In this document: positions 48,733 through 57,441 of the stretch, piece by piece | Position numbering within the stretch: position 1 is the stretch's first letter | Layout of the letters: the number at the start of each line of letters is the position of its first letter | DNA from: an uncultured Candidatus Saccharibacteria bacterium | GTDB taxonomy: Bacteria; Patescibacteriota; Doudnabacteria; UBA920 | Direction of reading: 5' to 3' | NCBI GenBank assembly: GCA_964436545.1 | Contig: CAYTCJ010000006.1 | Coordinates: 4,729-68,728 of the forward strand | DNA length: 64,000 bases | Position numbers and translations under genes: made by a program | The notes under the pieces: generated by a model | Databases searched by the model: none | Seen by the model: only the letters and a program-made list of their open reading frames with translations | Told to the model about the DNA's origin: nothing

Positions 48733-50214
48733 ATGATTATATCTAAAAGAATTAATCTAATTAATCTCTGCCGAATATTTTTTTTATTATTTCTATTCTC
48801 AATCTTTTTTCCTATTCGTTATGTCTTCCCTACCTCGGAAAGCTATATTACTGGGCTTTATTCAGACTTTACTACTTTTTCCTTATATTTAAGCGATATA
48901 TTCTTATTTATTGCTTTTTTCTTTATTTTGTGGTATAATTATAAATATTTTATTGAATTCATTGTTAATTGTAAATTGCTAGTTGCTTTATGGATTTGGC
49001 TTATATTAGCCATTTTTATTTTTAATCCGCATATCTCAGGTTTAAATTTTTGGTCATTTTTTAAGTTTTTTGAACTCATTGTTGTTGCATATGGAACAAT
49101 TAAGGCAATTTTCAATTATCAATTTTCAATTTCGAAATCTTGGTTTTTAGGCATGTTCATATTATTAGGCACGGTTCAATCAATAATTGGGCTAATGCAA
49201 TTTCTTAAACAAGCGCCAATTGGCCTAAGTAAATTAGGAGAGCAACAAATTTACCCTTATTTAAGCGGAGTAGCCAAAATAGTTTCAGGTGGAACAATCT
49301 ATATTCGTGCCTATGGCACCTTTCCTCATCCTAATATTTTGAGTGTTTTTTTGTTAGTTGCAATATTTTTGCTTATTCATCTTTCGTTAAATCAGCAAAA
49401 ACCTAATTTAACAAGCAACTTATTCTCTAAGCACTACTCTCTCATCACTAAAATTATCCTTAATTTAGCGCTTTTTATAAATATCCTTGGTTTGACTGTC
49501 ACTTTTTCACGTGGAGCATTCTTAGCTTTAGGGTTAGGATTATTGGTATTTTTTGGACTACTGGCTTATTGGCTCAAAAAGCCTGTCATTCTGAACTCGT
49601 TTCAGAACCTAGATTCCAGATCGGTCCGCCCACTGGCAGACAGCATGACAAAAAACCTAAAAGTAGTTGCCATTAATATACTTTTAGCTTTAGCTGTGGC
49701 ATTTTTAATTTTCAAACCTTTTCTCCTTTCACGTGCCACAATTTCCGATCAAGCTACAATAGAAAGAAAAATTTACAACCAAACAGCCAGAAACATGATT
49801 AAAGCTAATCCGGTTATTGGCAAGGGAGCAGGGGAGAGTCTGCTTCATATGGAACAATATAGCCCAGTTAAACTAAAACCGTGGCAAATTCAGCCGATTC
49901 ATAACTATTTTTTGCTATCTGCCTCAGAGATTGGAATATTTGGGTCTCTAATTTTAATTTTGGTATTTCTCTCTCATCTGTTTGGAATTTGGAATTTAAA
50001 AATTTGGGATTTATTTAAAAATTGGAAATTAGAAATTAGAAATTTAAAAACCAGCTTTTACCGCCTAACTCTTTTTACCATCTTAATATGTTTTATAATA
50101 TTAATGCTCTTTGACCATTACTTTTATACCATTCAATCTACCCAAATGCTCTTATGGATGACTTTGGGAATAATTGCATCCACAAAAGAAAATGAAATTA
50201 ATCAAAATCCTTGA
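48733..50214 (+). CDS. O-antigen ligase/polymerase-like (Wzy_C) polytopic membrane protein
   Basis: About 12 TM helices, periplasmic loop with SRGAF.ALGLG motif. Confidence 0.6.
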   Translation: MIISKRINLINLCRIFFLLFLFSIFFPIRYVFPTSESYITGLYSDFTTFSLYLSDIFLFIAFFFILWYNYKYFIEFIVNCKLLVALWIWLILAIFIFNPHISGLNFWSFFKFFELIVVAYGTIKAIFNYQFSISKSWFLGMFILLGTVQSIIGLMQFLKQAPIGLSKLGEQQIYPYLSGVAKIVSGGTIYIRAYGTFPHPNILSVFLLVAIFLLIHLSLNQQKPNLTSNLFSKHYSLITKIILNLALFINILGLTVTFSRGAFLALGLGLLVFFGLLAYWLKKPVILNSFQNLDSRSVRPLADSMTKNLKVVAINILLALAVAFLIFKPFLLSRATISDQATIERKIYNQTARNMIKANPVIGKGAGESLLHMEQYSPVKLKPWQIQPIHNYFLLSASEIGIFGSLILILVFLSHLFGIWNLKIWDLFKNWKLEIRNLKTSFYRLTLFTILICFIILMLFDHYFYTIQSTQMLLWMTLGIIASTKENEINQNP

Positions 50215-50617
50215 GGGCACACGAACAGACGCCCTCATAATAGCAATTTTAATATTTTATGGATTTTATTCGCATCCACATTTTAATTTGTGGACAATCT
50301 TAAGTATTTTTTGTTTTACCACAGGTGCTGGACTAGGTTTAATGGCTCGGCATCAATTAGGTAAAGCATTTTCCGTTAAACCAAAAGCCACCATATTGGT
50401 AAAACATGGGGTCTACGCCAAAATTAAGCATCCAATATATTTGGCCGGAATGATCATTAACTTGGGCTTTTGTTTTCTTTATCAACACTGGATTATTTAT
50501 ATAATTTCATTTTTCTTTTTAATTTTACAAATCTTTAGAGCAACGAAGGAAGAAAAAATCTTAACCAATACCTTTGGACAAGAGTATATAACTTACAAAA
50601 AATCAACTTGGTTTTAA
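50174..50617 (+). CDS. isoprenylcysteine carboxyl methyltransferase (ICMT)/PEMT-family membrane methyltransferase
   Basis: LVKHGVYAKIKHPIYLAG motif. Confidence 0.7.
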   Translation: MHPQKKMKLIKILEGTRTDALIIAILIFYGFYSHPHFNLWTILSIFCFTTGAGLGLMARHQLGKAFSVKPKATILVKHGVYAKIKHPIYLAGMIINLGFCFLYQHWIIYIISFFFLILQIFRATKEEKILTNTFGQEYITYKKSTWF

Positions 50618-50702
50618 AAATCCCCATCCGCCAACTGGCGGAAGGGGATTGAATTTTATAAAACATCCGTGTTATCTGTGATTGTCTGTGTATCTGTGAT
50701 AT

Positions 50703-51170
50703 TTACTTATGATACTGCTTCCCAGCTAAAATTGCACAAGCTCTATATATCTGTTCTTCCAATACTACTCTTGCCAAATTATGAGGAAAAGTAAGCGGGG
50801 AGAGAGAAACCGAATAATTACTGTATTGCTTTAAAGATTCGTGAAGTCCTACACCACTGCCAATTACAAACACCAGTTCTTTACCCAAACCTCCGGTGCG
50901 TTGTAAAAATTCCGCAAAAACCGAACTATCTCTTAAAGTGCCTTTTTCTTCCAAAAGAATTACCAGCGCATCGGCCGGTAAATTTTTTATAATACTTTCC
51001 GCTTCCTTTTCTTTTACTCTCTCAATGGAATCATTTTTCCGATACGGTTCTTCGGGCAATTCCACTATTTTAACCTTGGCAAAAGGGGAGAGACGTTTTA
51101 AAAATTCTTTTTCCAATTCCAAATACGCATTTTCTTTAAACTTCCCTAAACAAATAATTCTTATCTTGAG
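50703..51170 (-). CDS. rlmH: 23S rRNA (pseudouridine1915-N3)-methyltransferase RlmH
   Basis: SPOUT RlmH full-length similarity starting MLKIRIICLGK. Confidence 0.85.
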   Translation of the reverse strand, partial: LKIRIICLGKFKENAYLELEKEFLKRLSPFAKVKIVELPEEPYRKNDSIERVKEKEAESIIKNLPADALVILLEEKGTLRDSSVFAEFLQRTGGLGKELVFVIGSGVGLHESLKQYSNYSVSLSPLTFPHNLARVVLEEQIYRACAILAGKQYHK

Positions 51171-51180
51171 CATAAACCAA

Positions 51181-51229
51181 TTATACAAAAAATAAGGGGG
51201 TCGTCGCAAGCTATCTTGCAACGACCCCG
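51181..51229 (-). terminator. strong rho-independent terminator (GC stem plus T-run) for the 64-aa high-GC ORF
   Basis: Minus strand GGGTCGTTGCAAGATAGCTTGCGACGACCCCC followed by TTATTTTTTG. Confidence 0.75.
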
Positions 51230-51248
51230 ACGAATCCTCACCAGTTTA

Positions 51249-51443
51249 TCATCGCCTAAGATCAGATTTGAACAAAACTTCTTCATTCATGTCGTCGCCG
51301 ACATGAATGCTTTTTACGACACGCGCAGAGCGCGCATCTACGAGCTCCTTTGCACGTTTAGCATTTTCTGCCACGACGATGGCAGTACCGTGTGTGGTAA
51401 CCCACATGGCACCGCCCGTAATTTCCATAACAAACAGTTTCAT
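51249..51443 (-). CDS. small (64 aa) protein encoded with conspicuously high-GC codon usage; function unknown
   Basis: Local GC far above the window background; own terminator; AT-rich promoter region upstream. Confidence 0.5.
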   Translation of the reverse strand: MKLFVMEITGGAMWVTTHGTAIVVAENAKRAKELVDARSARVVKSIHVGDDMNEEVLFKSDLRR

Positions 51444-51581
51444 AAAACCTCCTTACTTTTAAAATTTACTTGTTTACCAAAATATGGTAAACTTATTTTG
51501 AATAATTATTTAATATATATTATTTTTCTTTTATTTAAGCCCAAATTTATGAAATTTTTCGTCAAAAATAATTGACAATTT

Positions 51582-52331
51582 ATGAAAAATAACATTTTAT
51601 CGTGGTTGAAATCTTCGGGACTGGACGAACAAAGGGCAAGTATTTTTTTAGCTCTTTTGAGTTTAGGAGAATCTACTGCCAAACAGATTTCTGAAAAAGT
51701 TAAGCTGGGTAGAACAGCGGTTTACGACAATTTAAGAATTTTAGAAGAAAAAGGTTATGTAAAATCTATAAGGCTTGGTAAAAGGCAAAAATTTGTTCCC
51801 ACACACCCCAACGAACTTTACAAACAATACGAAAGCAAAAAACAACAGTTAAAAGAACTGCTTCCGGATTTTTTGGCATTATACGCAGAAAAAAATTCTA
51901 AACCTTTTGCGCAATTATTTGAGGGCCCATACGCAGCAAGAGAAATTTACGAAGATATATTAAGAGTTGAAGAGAAAGAATATGTTTACTTTTCACCATC
52001 TGAATTAACTCTACAAGTGGTCAATCGTAAATTTATAGAAGACTGGATAAAACGTAGGGTAGCAACAGGCATACGCTCTCGTTCTTTACGAGTAAAATCT
52101 AAAACAGTGCCCAATGCCCCGATTTTTAACGAAGAAACTACATATCTTAGACAAATTCGATATTTAAACGGCTTTGTGGATTTAAAAGCAGCTATTTATA
52201 TTTACGGAAATAATATTGGGGTAATTTCCACCATAAGAGAAAACAGTGCGTTTATTATACACTCGCATGACTTAGCATTTAGTCTAAAACAAATTTTTGA
52301 ATTTATGTGGCAATTATCTTTAAAATCATAG
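51582..52331 (+). CDS. TrmB-family transcriptional regulator
   Basis: N-terminal TrmB HTH (ASIFLALLSLGESTAKQISEKVKLGRTAVYDNLRILEEKGYV). Confidence 0.75.
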   Translation: MKNNILSWLKSSGLDEQRASIFLALLSLGESTAKQISEKVKLGRTAVYDNLRILEEKGYVKSIRLGKRQKFVPTHPNELYKQYESKKQQLKELLPDFLALYAEKNSKPFAQLFEGPYAAREIYEDILRVEEKEYVYFSPSELTLQVVNRKFIEDWIKRRVATGIRSRSLRVKSKTVPNAPIFNEETTYLRQIRYLNGFVDLKAAIYIYGNNIGVISTIRENSAFIIHSHDLAFSLKQIFEFMWQLSLKS

Positions 52332-52382
52332 AGACTTTACACATAAAACTTATTTATATAAAATTATTCAGTGTAAACCTTT

Positions 52383-52433
52383 GGGCCTGTAGTAAAGTGG
52401 TCCACCAAAGGCGGATAAATATTACACGGCATT
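52383..52433 (+). pseudogene. scrambled tRNA-Ala remnants: internally deleted Ala(GGC) minihelix GGGCCTGTAGTAAAGTGGTCCACCA plus a 14-nt exact piece of Ala(CGC)
   Basis: Manual comparison with intact tRNAs at 47113-47186 and 52521-52594. Confidence 0.6.
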
Positions 52434-52520
52434 TTCACCCCGTTACTCAAAATTCAACTAGGGCTCATGGTCCAGTGGTAAGAAGTGGCATTTTTATCTC
52501 GTATTAAATTTTAATTTTCT

Positions 52521-52594
52521 GGGGGTATAGTAAAGTGGTATTACACGGCATTCGCATTGCCGGGGCTCGGGTTCGATTCCCGATACCTCCACCA
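52521..52594 (+). tRNA. tRNA-Ala (anticodon CGC) with G3:U70
   Basis: Anticodon stem-loop CGGCA-TTCGCAT-TGCCG, T arm TCGGGTTCGATTCCCGA, encoded CCA. Confidence 0.8.
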
Positions 52595-52691
52595 TAAAAA
52601 TTTTAATACTGGAATGCATTGCCGACTTGTCCGACGAAGCTTTAGCGAAGTCAGAGGCGGGGGTTCGACTGCAGTCCTCCGTAGCTTTCTT

Positions 52692-52773
52692 GTCCACCAT
52701 AGCTTTCTCGTCCGATGAAGTCACTTAGGTGACGAAGTTGGAAGCGAAGGATGGATTCCCCCCAGGTCCACCA
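52692..52773 (+). other. additional tRNA-Ala(GGC) 3'-end fragments (GTCCACCA at 52692-52699; GATTCCCCCCAGGTCCACCA at 52754-52773)
   Basis: GTCCACCA occurs three times within 400 bp; last copy matches 20 nt of the Ala(GGC) 3' end. Confidence 0.6.
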
Positions 52774-52783
52774 AATTTACTTA

Positions 52784-53494
52784 ATGAAAAATATTACTCA
52801 CCAAAAACAAAAAAAACTTTGGAACCTAGAACACCAAAAGCCTTTTATGCTTTTACCTATGGACTCACAGACACCCTCAAAAGGTGTCGTTTTTTTTTAT
52901 AACTGGTTAAAGAAAAACTATAAACAGAAAAGCCTCAAAGGCTTAGAAATGGGCTCGGGTAAAGGTAGGAACTCTATTTGGCTAACTCAGCAAGGGGTTA
53001 ATATGACTGGATTTGATTTTTCCAAAATTGCAATTAATCACGCAAAAAATAGAATGAAAACTTTAAACTTAAAACACCATATAAAATTTTTGGTTGGGGA
53101 TGCGACTAAAACTTGGCCGTTCAAAAATAATCAATTTGACTTTGGAATTGACTGCTTTGCTTCAACTGACATAGAAACATCTAAAGGCAGAGATTTTGCC
53201 AACAAAGAGTTTTGGCGGGTATTAAAACCACAGGGCGTATTATTTCTGTATTTACTTTCTACTGAAGACCAGTTTCATCGGCAAATGATCCAAACATCAC
53301 CCGCTAACGAACCCAATGCTTTTTTGCATCCCAAGACCGGTAAATATGAAAAGGTGTTTAACCAAAATGAAATAAAAAAACTCTATAAAGACTGGAAATT
53401 TATTCAAATCAAACGGATTACCAAAACCGCCACCTTTTTTGGCAAAAAGTATAACTGTAAACATTTTTGGATAATTCTTGAAAAAACAAAATAA
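52784..53494 (+). CDS. class I SAM-dependent methyltransferase (ORF-track start 52751 lies inside a tRNA fragment, so the 52784 ATG is preferred)
   Basis: Motif I LEMGSGKGRNSIWL, motif post-I GFDFS. Confidence 0.7.
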   Translation: MKNITHQKQKKLWNLEHQKPFMLLPMDSQTPSKGVVFFYNWLKKNYKQKSLKGLEMGSGKGRNSIWLTQQGVNMTGFDFSKIAINHAKNRMKTLNLKHHIKFLVGDATKTWPFKNNQFDFGIDCFASTDIETSKGRDFANKEFWRVLKPQGVLFLYLLSTEDQFHRQMIQTSPANEPNAFLHPKTGKYEKVFNQNEIKKLYKDWKFIQIKRITKTATFFGKKYNCKHFWIILEKTK

Positions 53495-53530
53495 AATAAC
53501 TTTTAAAGCCCTGTAACATTTCAGGGCTTT

Positions 53531-54082
53531 TTGCATTATACTTATGCTAGCAATAATTCATATATGAAAACCGACGAAAAATTACTTGTAAAACAAGCGC
53601 AAAGCGGGGACAGGGAAGCCTTAGGAAAACTTTGGGATCTTATTACCCCAAAACTTTTTGGCTACCTTATAAACACTCTGCGCAATAAACAATTAGCCGA
53701 AGATATTTTACAAACCACTTGGCTAAAAGCCATAAAAGCACTGCACACTTTTCAAAACAGGGAAGCGGGAATTAGTCCGTGGCTGTTTGCCATTGCCAAA
53801 AACGAATGCAAACAACATTGGCGAAAAAAAACTCCCAATACTGAACTTAACGATGAAACTATTAGCATAAATTCATCCAATATAGAAATAAATAAAAATA
53901 ACTTATTAGTTGAACAAATCTTAAATAAGTTAGAGGAAACAGACCGCGAACTTATCCGCCTTCGCTACATTGCCGATCTCTCACCCAACGACATTGCCAA
54001 AATTTTAAATATTAATTTTGTAGCTGTGCGCGTGAGGCTCCACCGAGCCATTAAACGCGCACAAATCATTGCCAATCAATAA
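53531..54082 (+). CDS. ECF-type sigma-70 family RNA polymerase sigma factor
   Basis: Region 2 and region 4 motifs (LSPNDIAKILNINFVAVRVRLHRA). Confidence 0.85.
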   Translation: MHYTYASNNSYMKTDEKLLVKQAQSGDREALGKLWDLITPKLFGYLINTLRNKQLAEDILQTTWLKAIKALHTFQNREAGISPWLFAIAKNECKQHWRKKTPNTELNDETISINSSNIEINKNNLLVEQILNKLEETDRELIRLRYIADLSPNDIAKILNINFVAVRVRLHRAIKRAQIIANQ

Positions 54083-55313
54083 CTTTATGAAAAATATTAA
54101 TACCTTGTTAACCACTTGGGGTAAAAGCCAAGAGCAAACACCACCTAATAATTTGGCTTTAAAAAACCAACTCTTAGCACACTGGGACACGCTACCCAAA
54201 CCGTATAACCAAAAAACTTTTACTTTCCCTTGGCTGTCTATGGCTTTTGCCAGTTTAGCCATTATTCTGGTTATTGCCCAAGCTTCTCCCATTAACCAGA
54301 CATCTAATTTTACTCAATCTGATAATCAATTTGGAAAGAGTCCAATGCCGAATGAGTTGATGCAAGAAGAAATAAAAACCAAAGCCATAAATGAACAAGA
54401 CAGTAGTCTTTCCAATTCCGCTCCAGCTCTTAACAATAATTTTGCTAAAGAAAAATTGGATACTTCAGAAACACTTGCAAGAAGATCCCATTCCACTTTT
54501 GCCCCAGATTTTTATTTACCAAATCCAGCCTCACCGCCAATTACCGATAACCGCCAATTCTTAAGAACCGCTTATAGCGCACTGGTAAAAACCAGACACA
54601 CCTCTAAACTTACCACGCAAATTCAAATGACCATAAAAGGCTTAGATGGCCGAGTAGATACGATTAATAACTTACCCACCAGCGGGTATATAAGCTTTGT
54701 CATTCCCAGCAGTCGGTTAGAAAATTTTAAACAAGCATTAATTAATTTGGTAGACAAAAAATTTGTTCTTGAAACTATTACAGCAGAAAATCTGCTTCCC
54801 GAAAAACAAAGTATAGAAAAACAACAAACCCAAACCAGTAATGCCATTAACTCGCTTAATTTAGATAGGGAAAATTTAACTAAAGCACACAACCAGAAAA
54901 CTGCCAACTTACAAGCTCAAATTAATAATCTTACCCAAGAGCTTAAAGCTTTAGACAGTCAATACCCTGCGTGGTCAGCAGAGTATCAGGAGCAACAAAA
55001 AACCTTGCTCAAGGCTCGCGCTTCACTTCAACAACAACTGAATGCGGAAAATTTTAATTATCAAAATAGTTTAAATAATTTAAACGAGCAAATAAAATAT
55101 AACGAAAACCAATTAACCAACTTAAGCGAACAAGACCAAACTTTACTAGACACCGTAGCTACCGTAAGAGGGGAGATTGCCATTCAAAGCATAAACTGGC
55201 TTCAAGCTCTACACACCTATTTTTCAGTTTATTGGCTAGCTTTGATCTTGCTTTGTCTTGCCGGACTTACTTTCTTCTTCCGCCAAAACAAAACCAATAT
55301 GGTTTTACCGTAA
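54069..55313 (+). CDS. putative anti-sigma factor: cytoplasmic N-term, single TM, large Q/N-rich coiled-coil extracytoplasmic domain, C-terminal TM
   Basis: Overlaps sigma gene by 14 bp; TM at ~60-80; heptad-like Q/N/L-rich region. Confidence 0.5.
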   Translation: MPINNFMKNINTLLTTWGKSQEQTPPNNLALKNQLLAHWDTLPKPYNQKTFTFPWLSMAFASLAIILVIAQASPINQTSNFTQSDNQFGKSPMPNELMQEEIKTKAINEQDSSLSNSAPALNNNFAKEKLDTSETLARRSHSTFAPDFYLPNPASPPITDNRQFLRTAYSALVKTRHTSKLTTQIQMTIKGLDGRVDTINNLPTSGYISFVIPSSRLENFKQALINLVDKKFVLETITAENLLPEKQSIEKQQTQTSNAINSLNLDRENLTKAHNQKTANLQAQINNLTQELKALDSQYPAWSAEYQEQQKTLLKARASLQQQLNAENFNYQNSLNNLNEQIKYNENQLTNLSEQDQTLLDTVATVRGEIAIQSINWLQALHTYFSVYWLALILLCLAGLTFFFRQNKTNMVLP

Positions 55314-55558
55314 TTTAAATCTTGCTGTTAAATCATTCTCATATTCTCAAGAATATGAGAATGATTTATTTTATTAAAACCAACCCAAACTCTCTATGGT
55401 CTTATTCGCGCGAATAATACCATAGAGGCTTCAACAATAATTTTTTACAACCCCGTCCTTTACTAAAGGCAGGATTATTTTTTTATTTGACTAAAAACAT
55501 AAAGGCTGGTAAGTTAGCAAAAGTCGGTAAATTTCAAAACGAAAAGGAGGCCAAAAAA

Positions 55559-56671
55559 ATGGCCATGAAAATTGACGGTTTGGAAATCGAATACACAAAT
55601 CACCGCATGGTTACCCCTTTACAAATCGGCGACAAGCCCCCGATGAAAGACATCACCCGTCTGGTGGTTAACGCCACCGTGGACGGAGTGCGAGGAGTCG
55701 GAGAAGCCACTCTTGCCGATGTCTGGGCAGGGGCAGACTTGGAGGAGATGAAGGCTTACGCCTCAGCTCTGCAAGCCCGAATGCGAGGAATGGATACGGA
55801 AAACCCCCTTGAATTATATAAGAAAATGGTGCCGACCATGCTAGCTGACTCGGACATCAACAAAGTTGCACAATTGATCGTCTGGGCGGGGTTCTACAAC
55901 GCACTGTGGGATGCGTACGGCAAAATGCACGAGAAGCATCCCTGCCTCATGCTGGGCGAAGTTGATAAGAGATACGCTGGCATTTTTCTCCCTATGCCTC
56001 GCAAGAAGGTGTACTTGGAGTACACCTATGGGGGCGCAAGCAAATTACTTGGTGAGAGGGGACTGCTTGCGGCAAAGCACCAACGAGGCTACCGGGTAGT
56101 CAAAGTGAAGTGCGGAGGGGACCCCGAAGAGGACTTCAAGAAAATGATGGCGATCTACGCAGCCACCGGCTGCCAACTGTGGCCGGACTTCAACGGATCG
56201 GGAACACCTGAGGGAGTCAAACAACTCTGCAACGCCCTCAAGGCGTGCCTCCGTCAGGGAGAATTGCTCGCCGTGGAGCAACCCTTCTCGGTGGCGGAGA
56301 CCTTCAAAATCGACATCCACGGCATGGGCCACGTTCCCTTTTTCTTAGACGAGTCCGCGGTCATGCCTGAGGACATCCTTGCCGCCAAAGCGCTGGGCTA
56401 CCTGGGAATAGTGGTGAAGGCAGACAAGGGCGGTCTGTCCCACGTGGCAGAGATGGTGCGGGTTGCCAAAGAGCACAGAATGTTGGTGTCGGTCCAGGAC
56501 CTGACCAGTGACCCCTGGCCGTCGCTCGGAATCGCCGCCTACCTCCGCGATCTCCACGGACACATAGCCGAGATGAACCAAATCGAGCTTCTGGTGACCC
56601 CGAAGCCCGTCGTTATCCAGAACGGGTGCGTTGACACAAGCCAGCTGACAGGTCCAGGGTTCTACCCGTAG
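55559..56671 (+). CDS. enolase-superfamily (MR/MLE-like) enzyme encoded with foreign high-GC codon usage; start at the ATG 8 nt after AAGGAGG
   Basis: KVKCG (KxK), metal ligands D..E(QP)..D(ES), capping domain; GC clearly above window background. Confidence 0.7.
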   Translation: MAMKIDGLEIEYTNHRMVTPLQIGDKPPMKDITRLVVNATVDGVRGVGEATLADVWAGADLEEMKAYASALQARMRGMDTENPLELYKKMVPTMLADSDINKVAQLIVWAGFYNALWDAYGKMHEKHPCLMLGEVDKRYAGIFLPMPRKKVYLEYTYGGASKLLGERGLLAAKHQRGYRVVKVKCGGDPEEDFKKMMAIYAATGCQLWPDFNGSGTPEGVKQLCNALKACLRQGELLAVEQPFSVAETFKIDIHGMGHVPFFLDESAVMPEDILAAKALGYLGIVVKADKGGLSHVAEMVRVAKEHRMLVSVQDLTSDPWPSLGIAAYLRDLHGHIAEMNQIELLVTPKPVVIQNGCVDTSQLTGPGFYP

Positions 56672-56774
56672 AATAGAAAACACCTTTGCCCTAAAATAAA
56701 AAAACAACAATCAAGGGGCAGGGTGTAAAATGGCCAGTGGCGGGCTGAAAGGAGGCAGTTTGCCACACAAACAA

Positions 56775-56817
56775 AACGGCGCTTGGAGTGCGAACTCTCG
56801 AGCGCCGTTATTTTTTT
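56775..56817 (+). terminator. rho-independent terminator closing the high-GC segment
   Basis: AACGGCGCT...AGCGCCGTT stem followed by T8. Confidence 0.7.
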
Positions 56818-56858
56818 AATCTCTTTCTCTATCTATCTCTTTCTCTAACTCTCTCCCC

Positions 56859-57428
56859 CTACAACCACCTCTGCAAATATTTACCCGCCACTCGCTCTAC
56901 GAGTAAAAAGAAAACTATCATAACAAAAGGCAAAACATCTACAAACCGAGAATAGTGCACAAATTTAAATAAATACTCACTAAACGAATAACTCAAAAGG
57001 CCAATAACGCTTAACCAAAACACGACGGAAATTATTGAGGCGCGAACAAATTTTTGCATAGGTAAATTTAACATTCCGGTGCGAATTAATATGGCTCTAT
57101 GCACGCCGTAGATAAATTTGGAAACTACAAAAATATGGGTAGTTTTATTTTGAATATGTGGGTCAAACCGACTGGCAATTTTATTTACCCAAGCATTAAT
57201 TTTGGGAAAGCGGGTCAAGCGCTTGCCCGTGTAATACAATAACCACTGTTCAAGCATGGCACCAAACAGCACGCAGAGCAGAGAGGGCACAGCCGGCACC
57301 GAACCCACGGAAATTAAAAAAATCACCGTTAAAGCAAACAACAAACCTTCCACTAACATTCCGAGCACAAAAAAAGTGTAAACTAAGACGTCTAAATTGT
57401 GAGCTAATAAATAATTAAAAATTTCCAT
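56859..57428 (-). CDS. DedA/VTT-family membrane protein
   Basis: TM pattern and conserved G..R motifs. Confidence 0.6.
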   Translation of the reverse strand: MEIFNYLLAHNLDVLVYTFFVLGMLVEGLLFALTVIFLISVGSVPAVPSLLCVLFGAMLEQWLLYYTGKRLTRFPKINAWVNKIASRFDPHIQNKTTHIFVVSKFIYGVHRAILIRTGMLNLPMQKFVRASIISVVFWLSVIGLLSYSFSEYLFKFVHYSRFVDVLPFVMIVFFLLVERVAGKYLQRWL

Positions 57429-57441
57429 TGATCAAAATAAT

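Noticed and set aside
55911-56710. ORF-track entries 55911..56099(+), 56045..56332(-), 56345..56710(-)
   Set aside because: They lie inside or antisense to the high-GC enolase-superfamily gene. Long stop-free antisense frames are expected in GC-rich DNA. No independent support.
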